49,368 nt of DNA from Sphingomonadaceae bacterium (lineage in GTDB: Bacteria > Chloroflexota > UBA6077), in assembly GCA_050261575.1 (NCBI GenBank), contig JBLNDL010000005.1, positions 124,001 through 173,368 on the forward strand. Reading direction: 5' to 3'. Shown here piece after piece: positions 20,074 through 28,294 of the stretch (within the stretch, counting starts at the first letter, position 1; each line of letters starts with the position of its first letter). A program made the position numbers and the translations under genes. The notes beneath the pieces were generated by a model, which worked only from the letters and a program-made list of their open reading frames with translations, searched no databases and was not told where the DNA came from.

Positions 20074-20565
20074 CTATCTGCCGCCCGCCTCTTTGTGATA
20101 GGCGACGATTGCTTCCAGATAGTCGACGAAGTGCTGGAAGTGAGCCCGGTCCGAGACGAGTTCGATTGCCCTCCTCAGGACAGGCTCCAAAGCGATTATC
20201 CCATTTCGCTCACCGGCAGCTTTCTGTTTGGCTCGTCCGACCTGGTATGCCAGCCGCGGTTTGAGGAGCAGCAACTCGGCCTTGTAAGGATTGTTGGCCT
20301 CCGGGGCTGCTCCCTTGAGCCATCTCATCTCAATCCTGCGCACGGTCCCGAACACGGCCCTCAACTGGCTGGTGCTCAGGATGGGAGCCAACGCGTTGCC
20401 CATCTCTTTGGCCGACTTGACCAGGGTCTCCGTATTGCCATGCAGGATTATCGACTGTAGCTCCGCATCGGACGGCGTCGGTAGGGTGGGGTCCGGTCTC
20501 CTCTCCGGCGGAAGCCTACCTTCTCTTCTCTCAGGCCTGGATGCTGCAGCGTTGAACCGGCTCAT
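20074..20565 (-). CDS. csm2: Type III-A small subunit Csm2
   Basis: LSTSQLRAVF, LLKPRLAYQVGR, FVDYLEAIVAYHK. Confidence 0.93.
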   Translation of the reverse strand: MSRFNAAASRPERREGRLPPERRPDPTLPTPSDAELQSIILHGNTETLVKSAKEMGNALAPILSTSQLRAVFGTVRRIEMRWLKGAAPEANNPYKAELLLLKPRLAYQVGRAKQKAAGERNGIIALEPVLRRAIELVSDRAHFQHFVDYLEAIVAYHKEAGGR

Positions 20566-23033
20566 CCCTTTTCCACCTCCTTCGATCGCGTGAGGTACTC
20601 GGCCCAGCGCGTGACCAGCCCGAGCCGGTGGATGGTCGCTGGCTCCGACAGCCGCTTTCGCATCGCCGCCACCGCCAGCTTCGCCTCCTCCTCTCGCGCC
20701 CGCTCACGCGCCCTCTCCAGTCCGTAGGCCGCCATCCACATCCACCGTCCATAGTAGAGCCGCTCCGAGTCCAGCCGCTCGTCCCCCGTTTGCGCCAGCG
20801 CCTCCCGTCGGAACAGGGCGTGGATGCCGCCCAGCAGCGACAGGAGGCTCCGCGGCAGCCTGCCGCCGCCCGCTCCCTCTCCCACCAGGCGGGCGAGCTC
20901 CGCCACCCGGTCCAGCACGGAGTCGAACTCCTCCCATCCCAGGGTCTCACCCAGCAGCGTCACGGCGTCCTTCTCCCGTCGGTTCCCGCGGCGGTGGGCC
21001 TTGGAGCCGTTCTCCAGGGCATCCCCCGCCATCTCCGCCCCCCGATGGATGGGCAGGTGGTAGTCCACGATGGCGATCCCCGCGGAGATGGACACCCCCG
21101 GATTCCCGACGGCGAAGGTCTCGAGGTCCGCGCGAATCCTCCGCGCCAGCAGCGGTATGCGGTCCCACGCGCCCACCACGAAGAGGTCGTCCCCTCCGGA
21201 GTAGACGCCGTAGAACAGCCCAACCCTTCGGCCCGAGCCCGGCAGCCCCGTTCTCGTATCGCCCTCCACCTCCCGGCAGAGGCGGTTGATCCACCCCTCG
21301 AAGAAGATCCGCAGGGCGGAGCTGAGGCTGGCCACCCTGGAGGCCGTGGCGGTCTGGCCCAGGCTGGAGGCGAAGAGGGATCCCAGGTTGTCCACGTCCA
21401 TCCGCAGGATCCCCAGCCGCGGGATCCCCTGGGCGTCGCGGGCGATATCCTCGAACTCCTTCGTCCCCTCGCGTCCGTCCTTCTCGATCCGCGGGACGAC
21501 CGCCGGTATCCAGCGGAAGCCGTCGGCGCCCGCCGCCACGAAGCCGGTGTCGTTGAGGGTGTAGCGGATGGCGCCGTCCGAGCCGGAGCCGAACTCCCAC
21601 CAGCAGCCGAAGCTCCCCAGCGCCTCCTGCCACCACGAAACGGTGCCGGGCGGGCGTCGGGCTCCGACGGAGAGGAGCGCTTGGCCGCTGGCCGCGGCCT
21701 CGGCGATCTGCTCACCCAGATCCACCATGCCCTCGCAGGCGGGGCACCGCGTTCGCTCGGCGCTACCGCTCGGCAGATCAGCGTGGCACGCCTCGCACGG
21801 CTTGCTCTCCCCCCCGCTCCCCCACGGGGTGAAGATACGGTCGTAGGCTCGGTGGAGGATCCGGCCGAAGCGGCGGGTCTTCGCGGCGTTGACGGCCGTT
21901 CCCACCTCGCCCCACTTCGCGGCGAAGCGCTCGCCCTCGAAGTCGAGCATCGAGAGGGGGATGTGGCCGACGGCTAGCCCCAGCTCGCCGCCGTGGATCT
22001 CCAACATCCTTTCCTCGACCTCCGCGGCGGCCTCCTCCAGGGTCGCCGCGGCGGATAGGGGGGCGAGGAGGTAGAAGTGGCCGCCGCCGCAGTAGAGGAT
22101 GCTGGGGGTGGCGAGGCTGAGCCGCCGCAGCAGGTAGCGGGCGGCGCTCTCCATCAGCAGTTGCAGGTAGAGGGAGCGGCCGCGCAGCGTCTTGGCCGCG
22201 CCTTTGGCGGCGATGCGGTAGAGGAACTCCTGCAGCCCGGAGAGGTCGCCCCCGACCAGTAGGAGGAGCGGGTCTGCCCGCTCGGGCCTCTTGGGCCAGG
22301 CGAGCAGCGCCTCCAGGCGGGAGTCGTCCGGGGCGTCCAGGTAGAGGCAGGTGGCGATGGCGCAGGTGAGGCGGGAGTGGTCGAAGAGCGAAACGTCCGG
22401 CGTCTGGTGGTAGACGGCGGAGGGGACGCACCAGCCGTAGCGCTGGAGCAGGTGGAATGCCGCCTCCAGGTAGCGGTCGAAGTCGCTCTGTCGCAGCCTG
22501 GAGAACTCCGCCTCGAAGCCCTGCCACAGCCGGAGGTAACCCGATCTGCACTCCTCGGGCGAGAGCCGCTCTGGTCGGGGGAAGATCGCCGCTCGGTCGA
22601 GTGCCAGTGGGGTGAGCGGGTAGTAGCCGTCGCCACCGGGGCGGTTCTGCGAGGTCTGCAGCCGGGAGAAGATGGAAAGGAGCTGCGTCTCCTCGGGCGG
22701 CCGTCGATCTCGCTTCTCGTCGTCCTTCACCCGCTCGCCCGCCGCCATCCGGTCGGCCAGCGCGATCAGTCGTGCAGCGCGGGAGGGTGGTAGCGGCAGG
22801 TGGTGGGTTAGCAGGTCGTGGGGGCGGAGGGGCCACCGGTTGGCGACGTGGTGTTCGACGAAGTCGGCGGACCACTTGGCGTGAGCGCCGTGCGCTCCGT
22901 AGTCGTCCTCGGAGAAGGCGTCGTAGCCGGGGGAGTGGCGCAGACCCGAGCGAAGGAACAGCTTGCCCACGTCGTGGAGCAGGGCTCCGAGCTGAACGGC
23001 CTGGAGTTCGGCGTCCTGAGTCGGCATCTCCAC
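20562..23033 (-). CDS. cas10: Type III-A Cas10/Csm1 with HD nuclease and intact Palm (GGDD) domain
   Basis: LLHDVGK HD domain, DVSLFDH, GDLSGLQEFLY, LRGRSLYL, MDVDNLG, YSGGDDLF. Confidence 0.97.
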   Translation of the reverse strand: MEMPTQDAELQAVQLGALLHDVGKLFLRSGLRHSPGYDAFSEDDYGAHGAHAKWSADFVEHHVANRWPLRPHDLLTHHLPLPPSRAARLIALADRMAAGERVKDDEKRDRRPPEETQLLSIFSRLQTSQNRPGGDGYYPLTPLALDRAAIFPRPERLSPEECRSGYLRLWQGFEAEFSRLRQSDFDRYLEAAFHLLQRYGWCVPSAVYHQTPDVSLFDHSRLTCAIATCLYLDAPDDSRLEALLAWPKRPERADPLLLLVGGDLSGLQEFLYRIAAKGAAKTLRGRSLYLQLLMESAARYLLRRLSLATPSILYCGGGHFYLLAPLSAAATLEEAAAEVEERMLEIHGGELGLAVGHIPLSMLDFEGERFAAKWGEVGTAVNAAKTRRFGRILHRAYDRIFTPWGSGGESKPCEACHADLPSGSAERTRCPACEGMVDLGEQIAEAAASGQALLSVGARRPPGTVSWWQEALGSFGCWWEFGSGSDGAIRYTLNDTGFVAAGADGFRWIPAVVPRIEKDGREGTKEFEDIARDAQGIPRLGILRMDVDNLGSLFASSLGQTATASRVASLSSALRIFFEGWINRLCREVEGDTRTGLPGSGRRVGLFYGVYSGGDDLFVVGAWDRIPLLARRIRADLETFAVGNPGVSISAGIAIVDYHLPIHRGAEMAGDALENGSKAHRRGNRREKDAVTLLGETLGWEEFDSVLDRVAELARLVGEGAGGGRLPRSLLSLLGGIHALFRREALAQTGDERLDSERLYYGRWMWMAAYGLERARERAREEEAKLAVAAMRKRLSEPATIHRLGLVTRWAEYLTRSKEVEKG

Positions 23034-23134
23034 CTCCGCTGATGATCGAGCCCGGCGTCGGGCGCAGGATCGAGCCGAGGGATGGGAGCAACCGAGAAGG
23101 GAACCGCGCGGGAGCCGATTGGTGGGACATCACG

Positions 23135-23163
23135 ATTGTAGTGGTTGAGGCTGGCCGCGTCAA
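23135..23163 (-). promoter_or_regulatory. Sigma70-type promoter of cas operon
   Basis: Minus strand TTGACG-N17-TACAAT, ~100 bp upstream of cas10. Confidence 0.7.
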
Positions 23164-23176
23164 TGGGTGTCGGGCG

Positions 23177-24243
23177 GCGCAGGTCCCCTATTGATCGGGG
23201 CGACGGTTGCGACCAGATGGGTGGGGGTTCAACCTGGTTGATTTCTATATGTTTCAGTCCCCTATTGATCGGGGCGACGGTTGCGACGCCCGCCTCTGCA
23301 CCGCCTGCCAGGGCCAGATCATCAGTTTCAGTCCCCTATTGATCGGGGCGACGGTTGCGACCGCGCTGCCGATGTTGAACAGTGGGTTGCGCAACGGGTT
23401 TCAGTCCCCTATTGATCGGGGCGACGGTTGCGACTGCGCATCACCGAGGTGACGGTGACGCTGGAGCCGGAAAGGTTTCAGTCCCCTATTGATCGGGGCG
23501 ACGGTTGCGACCGGTTCCCAAGCCGGCGTAGTTGTACTTGGGCACCTGGTTTCAGTCCCCTATTGATCGGGGCGACGGTTGCGACTTACCACGTTGCGAG
23601 TCCGACATACACCAGAGGCGAGTTTCAGTCCCCTATTGATCGGGGCGACGGTTGCGACTCTGGAGAGTGACATGCCCTAACGCAGACTGAACGTTTCAGT
23701 CCCCTATTGATCGGGGCGACGGTTGCGACGCTTCAAACCGCTCGTGCAGCAGCGTCGCACCGTTGTCGTTTCAGTCCCCTATTGATCGGGGCGACGGTTG
23801 CGACGCCCAGCCGAGTCGCCACCTCCTTCACTCGGTAGGCGTTTCAGTCCCCTATTGATCGGGGCGACGGTTGCGACGACCGCTCCGACGGGCACGACCT
23901 TGTCCACGTCCAGGTTTCAGTCCCCTATTGATCGGGGCGACGGTTGCGACGGCGCCGACGTTCTGATCGTCTTCCAGGACGATCAGGTTTCAGTCCCCTA
24001 TTGATCGGGGCGACGGTTGCGACTCCCAACCTCCAGTCCCTCTGCCACCAGCACCACAGTCAGTTTCAGTCCCCTATTGATCGGGGCGACGGTTGCGACC
24101 AGCGGCCACAGAGCTCCACGCGGCGCTGCTGGAGGCGTTTCAGTCCCCTATTGATCGGGGCGACGGTTGCGACATTTATCAGCGGCTGCATAGGACATAA
24201 GGTCCAGTTTCAGTCCCCTATTGATCGGGGCGACGGTTGCGAC
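23177..24243 (-). CRISPR. CRISPR array: 15 repeats (14 identical + 1 degenerate terminal), 14 spacers of 33-40 bp
   Basis: 37-bp repeat, transcribed sense GTCGCAACCGTCGCCCCGATCAATAGGGGACTGAAAC (CCCC/GGGG stem, 8-nt ACTGAAAC handle); plus-strand starts 23177 (degenerate), 23251, 23325, 23398, 23475, 23549, 23622, 23693, 23768, 23841, 23914, 23987, 24063, 24137, 24207. Confidence 0.99.
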
Positions 24244-24410
24244 CGCGCCTCCGGAGCGCCTCTGCAAGGTCAGAAATGACCTCCAACTGCCCCTCGGGCC
24301 CCATTTTCGGGCTCCTGGGGCATCGCTCGAGAGCGTCCAAACGCCCTCCGATACAATCATCCGCGCGGACCTCCAGCGTGTCAAGAATCCCAGGGGGGTT
24401 CGCGCAAGGG
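24244..24410 (-). promoter_or_regulatory. CRISPR leader with candidate promoter
   Basis: Non-coding region on the side opposite the degenerate repeat; minus strand TTGACA (24384-24379)-N17-GATGAT. Confidence 0.6.
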
Positions 24411-24855
24411 GAGGGAGCCCAGTTTTCGGCCCCCCAGGCCGAATCCGCCGCGAGGTCGCGCCCGCCGTCGATCCCATGCGGGGCGGAGGCGGCGGATCGC
24501 GACGAGGTCCGCGCAACGAGGGCCTCCAGCGACCAGGAAGAGGCGGCAATCGGCCGTGGGGGACAGTGCACGCACCGGCGGAGCCGCCTGCCCTGCGGCT
24601 CGCGGTGGCGGACCCCGATGCGGCGCCGAACCGCGCATCTGCGTTGTCCCGCTCTGCAGCTCTGGTGGATCGCGGCGCCGGGCCGCCGCGCCGTCTGGAG
24701 CCGGTGGGGAGCCGGAGCCCCGACCCCGCCTCTATCCCGTCTACCACGGCAGGTGTACAATAACCGACGCCGACGGCGAGAACTGAACCTGTCCTGGCCT
24801 TCCCACCCCAAATGGCGTGATTCGAAACGCGTCGAAAGGAGAGGCCCGCGGAGTG

Positions 24856-25584
24856 ATGAGGGTTCAACTGTTCGTCACCTGCATGGTCGACACCCTGGAG
24901 CCCGAGGTCGCCGAGTGTGTGGTCGAGCTGCTGGAGAGGGTGGGCCTGGAGGTCGAGGTGCCCGAGGGGCAGACCTGCTGCGGCCAGCCGGCCTTCAACG
25001 GCGGCTTCTGGGACGAGGCCCGCGCCATGGCCAGGCACACCATCGAGGTCTTCGGCGACTCCTACACCCCCATCGTCGTCCCCTCCGGGTCCTGCGGCTA
25101 CATGGTCGCCCACCACTACCCAGAGCTGTTCGAGGGCGACCCAGTCTGGCACCCCCGCGCCGAAAGGCTCTCCCGCCGCGTCCACGAGTTCACCCAGTTC
25201 CTGGTGGACGTGCTGGGTGTCACCGACCTCGGCGCCAGCTACCACGGGAAGCTCACCTACCACGCCTCCTGCCACCTGCTGCGCGGCATGGGGATCCACC
25301 GGCAGCCGCTCGCCCTCCTCTCCAAGGTGAAGGGGGCCGAGATCGTGCCGCTGGAGGGCGAGCAGGAGTGCTGCGGCTTCGGCGGGCTCTTCTCGATCAA
25401 GCACGGCGCTATCTCCTCGGCGATGTTGGATCGGAAGCTGGATTGCATCGTCGCCACGGGCGCGGATCGCGTGGTGGGCTGCGACCTGAGCTGCCTGCTG
25501 AACATCAACGGCGGGCTCCACCGGCGGAGGTCGCCGGTGAGGGGCGTGCACGTGGCGCGTGTGCTGGCGGGAAAGGTGAGGTGA
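24856..25584 (+). CDS. lutA: Lactate utilization protein A (CCG-domain Fe-S)
   Basis: LFVTC..D, QTCCGQPA, SGSC, YHASCH, CCGFGGLFS. Confidence 0.9.
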   Translation: MRVQLFVTCMVDTLEPEVAECVVELLERVGLEVEVPEGQTCCGQPAFNGGFWDEARAMARHTIEVFGDSYTPIVVPSGSCGYMVAHHYPELFEGDPVWHPRAERLSRRVHEFTQFLVDVLGVTDLGASYHGKLTYHASCHLLRGMGIHRQPLALLSKVKGAEIVPLEGEQECCGFGGLFSIKHGAISSAMLDRKLDCIVATGADRVVGCDLSCLLNINGGLHRRRSPVRGVHVARVLAGKVR

Positions 25585-25588
25585 GCGC

Positions 25589-27019
25589 ATGCACGCCGTG
25601 ATCGAGCCGTTCGAGAAGCGCGTGGCCAGGGCGGTGAGGGACGAGGCCCTCCACAAGGCCCTCCGGAGGGCCACCGACCGATTCGGGGCGAAGCGGATCG
25701 AGATGCTGGCGACCCTCCCCGACGCCGACGAGGCCCGCGACCGCGCCAGGGCGATCCGCAGGCACACCATCGCCAACCTGGATCGCTACCTCGCCCAGTT
25801 CGTCGAGAGGGTGGAGGCCGCCGGCGGGGTGGTCCACTGGGCCGCAGACGGGACCGAGGCGAACCGGATCGTCGTCAGGCTGGCCAGGGAGCGGGGAGTG
25901 GCGCTGATCGTGAAGGGCAAGACCATGATCAGCGAGGAGACCGGCCTCAACGCGGCCCTGGAGGCGGAGGGGATCACCCCGCAGGAGACCGACCTCGCGG
26001 AGTACGTGGTCCAGCTCGCTGGCACCACCCCTTCCCACATCGTGGTCCCCATCGTCGATATGACCCGGCAGCAGGTGTCGAGGTTGTTCCACGAGAAGCT
26101 GGGGACGGAGGAGACCGACGACGCCATCGAGCTGGCGCGGATCGCGCGGGCGCGGCTGCGCCGGAAGTACATCGAGGCCGGAATGGGACTCACCGGCGCC
26201 AACTTCGGCGTGGCCGAGACGGGGACGATGGCGATCGTCACCAACGAGGGGAACGGACGGCTGAGCAGCAGCCTGCCGCGCTACCACGTGGTGCTGATGG
26301 GGATCGAGCGCCTGGTGCCCACCATGGAGGACCTGGGGCTGATGCTGCAGTTGCTGGCCCGAAGCGCCACCGGCCAGAAGCTGAGCGTCTACAGCACCAT
26401 GTTCACCGGACCCCGCAGGCCGGGCGACGCCGACGGCCCCGAGGAGCTGCACGTGGTGCTGGTGGACAACGGCCGGACGAGGATCCTGGAGTCGGAGTTC
26501 GCCGAGATCCTAACATGCATCCGGTGCGGCGCCTGCCTGAACGCCTGCCCAGTCTACAAGCTGATCGGCGGCCACGCCTACGCCGCCGTCTACCCGGGCC
26601 CCATGGGCAGCGTCCTCAGCCCGCTGTTCTCGGGCTTCGACCTCTACGCCGACCTCCCGCACGCGTCCTCCCTCTGCGGCGCCTGCCGCGAGGTGTGCCC
26701 CGTGAGGATCGACTTGCCGGGGCTGCTGCTCCGACTGCGTCGCGAGACGGTGCGCAGCGGCCACCGCCCGTGGTGGCTGAAGGCGGGGCTGTCCGGCTTC
26801 GCGGTGGCCGCCGGAAACCCAGCGCTCTTCCGCCTCGGATCGAGCCTGGCGGCCTTCGGGTCGGGGCTGATCGCGAGGGACGGCTGGATTTCCCGGCTGC
26901 CCGGCCCCCTCGGCGCGTGGACGGCCTCGCGGGACTTCCCGAGGTTCGCATCCAGGAGCTTCCAGGCCAGGTGGAGGGAGCGGCAGGCCAAACGCGCGGT
27001 GCAGGGAGGTGGCAGATGA
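25589..27019 (+). CDS. lutB: Lactate utilization protein B (Fe-S)
   Basis: ETDLAEY, PSHIV.P, NEGNGRL, RSATGQ, CIRCGACLNACPVY, SSLCGACREVCPVRI. Confidence 0.93.
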   Translation: MHAVIEPFEKRVARAVRDEALHKALRRATDRFGAKRIEMLATLPDADEARDRARAIRRHTIANLDRYLAQFVERVEAAGGVVHWAADGTEANRIVVRLARERGVALIVKGKTMISEETGLNAALEAEGITPQETDLAEYVVQLAGTTPSHIVVPIVDMTRQQVSRLFHEKLGTEETDDAIELARIARARLRRKYIEAGMGLTGANFGVAETGTMAIVTNEGNGRLSSSLPRYHVVLMGIERLVPTMEDLGLMLQLLARSATGQKLSVYSTMFTGPRRPGDADGPEELHVVLVDNGRTRILESEFAEILTCIRCGACLNACPVYKLIGGHAYAAVYPGPMGSVLSPLFSGFDLYADLPHASSLCGACREVCPVRIDLPGLLLRLRRETVRSGHRPWWLKAGLSGFAVAAGNPALFRLGSSLAAFGSGLIARDGWISRLPGPLGAWTASRDFPRFASRSFQARWRERQAKRAVQGGGR

Positions 27020-27801
27020 GCGGCGTGATGGATCGGGTCCGGCTGGCAGCGGCGAGGGCCGCGGCTGGCCCGCTGGGCGACGTGCGGGTGCGGCCGTCTT
27101 TCCCGCGGGTGGCGGCGCAGTCGCCGTTCCCTCCGGACGCGGGGCCGGCGCAGTTCGTCGTCCGCTTCCGGGCGGAGTTGGAGGCGCTGGCCGGCAAGGT
27201 GTACGGGCCGCTGGATGCCGAGGGCGTCGCCCGGCAGGTGGTGGAGCTGGTGCGGGCAGCCACCGGCGAGGACTCGGGACTGAGGGCCGAGGACTCGGCG
27301 CTGAGTGCTCGGGAAGCTTCTCGGTCCTCAGCCCTCGGCCCTCAGTCCTCGCAATCGCGGCTGCTCTCCTGGGACGATGCGGAACTGGGCTGCCCGGGGT
27401 TGGGGGATGCCCTCCGGCAGGCGGGCATCGAGCTGGTGCCCGGGGCGGTGCCGAACGACGCGGACCACCAGCGTGTGCTTGAGCGGCTGGCCTCCCTGCA
27501 GGTGGGGCTCAGCGGCGCCGTAGGGGGGCTGGCCGACACCGGCAGCATCGTGGTCGCCTCCGGCCCCGGCCGCTCGCGCGTGGCGTCCCTGCTGCCGCCG
27601 GTCCACGTCGCCGTGCTGCCGGTGAGCCGCATCTACCCCACCATGCAGGAGTGGCTGGCAGGCGGGGGGACGAGGCTGGTGGCGGGGTGCGCGAACGTGG
27701 TGGTGATCACCGGCTCCAGCCGGACCTCGGATATAGAGCTGCAACTGACCCTCGGCATGCATGGACCCAAGGAGTTGCACGTGGTGCTGTACGAGGGGTA
27801 G
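27016..27801 (+). CDS. lutC: Lactate utilization protein C (LUD domain)
   Basis: LADTGSIV, SLLPPVHVA, ITGSSRTSDIE..LTLGMHGP; ATG at 27016 overlaps lutB stop. Confidence 0.88.
   Translation: MSGVMDRVRLAAARAAAGPLGDVRVRPSFPRVAAQSPFPPDAGPAQFVVRFRAELEALAGKVYGPLDAEGVARQVVELVRAATGEDSGLRAEDSALSAREASRSSALGPQSSQSRLLSWDDAELGCPGLGDALRQAGIELVPGAVPNDADHQRVLERLASLQVGLSGAVGGLADTGSIVVASGPGRSRVASLLPPVHVAVLPVSRIYPTMQEWLAGGGTRLVAGCANVVVITGSSRTSDIELQLTLGMHGPKELHVVLYEG
27267..27351. repeat. Inverted pair of heptamer arrays inside lutC
   Basis: ggactcg ggactga gggccga ggactcg gcgctga gtgctcg - AAGCTT - tcggtcc tcagccc tcggccc tcagtcc. Confidence 0.8.
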
Positions 27802-27863
27802 CTGGGGACACTGCCAGTCTTGGGAGCCCGGATCCAGGGTACCTGCTTGGGGTCGGTGGCCAG

Positions 27864-28145
27864 CTAGGGTCGCGTCGCCCAAACGGCGAGGACCAGCAGG
27901 ATCACGGCCGTGATGGCCGCGTAGAACTGGATCAGCGCGTGGTACGAGGTCCGCATCTCAGCCACCTCCACACGGGCGCGCAGCCGCCTCTCGTCCTCGG
28001 TGCGTTCACCCTCGTGTTCTTTTCCGTCGCCGCGGCCAACTATGCGGCCTGAGTGGTTCGTCCGCCAGATTCGGGCAATCCGGCCCGCCACCACAGGTCT
28101 CACATCTATCATCGGCACGTTGCCGTGCTTTCCATAGCCATCCAA
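27864..28145 (-). CDS. Hypothetical small protein with C-terminal hydrophobic helix
   Basis: Fills lutC-murE gap; ends FYAAITAVILLVLAVWATRP; start uncertain. Confidence 0.35.
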   Translation of the reverse strand: MDGYGKHGNVPMIDVRPVVAGRIARIWRTNHSGRIVGRGDGKEHEGERTEDERRLRARVEVAEMRTSYHALIQFYAAITAVILLVLAVWATRP

Positions 28146-28294
28146 CTATATCAAACTTGAAGGTCGGTGAGGAGATGGCCCGTGCAGGACTTCCGCAGCT
28201 TGGTGGCCACGTCGCCTGGCAGGGATCCTGGCAAGAGGAGTGCTACAATATCGCCCACGGCCGATCGAGGCCGGAGGTCGCACCGAGGTGCACG

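Noticed and set aside
21783..21800. CEACH in Cas10 as a heme c site
   Set aside because: Cytoplasmic protein; pairs with downstream CPAC as the usual Cas10 zinc finger
23214..24206. Self-targeting spacers within the window
   Set aside because: No match found by eye; a computational search is needed to exclude it
23145..24279. Short ORFs with repeated FQSPIDRGDGCD / FSPLLIGATVAT peptides
   Set aside because: Translations of the CRISPR repeats, not genes
24148..25776. Long ORFs spanning the CRISPR leader (24148..25776 -, 24237..25601 +, 24221..24763 +) as possible hidden cas genes
   Set aside because: Low-complexity Arg/Ala/Pro sequence overlapping the array and lutA; no Cas1/Cas2 or other motifs
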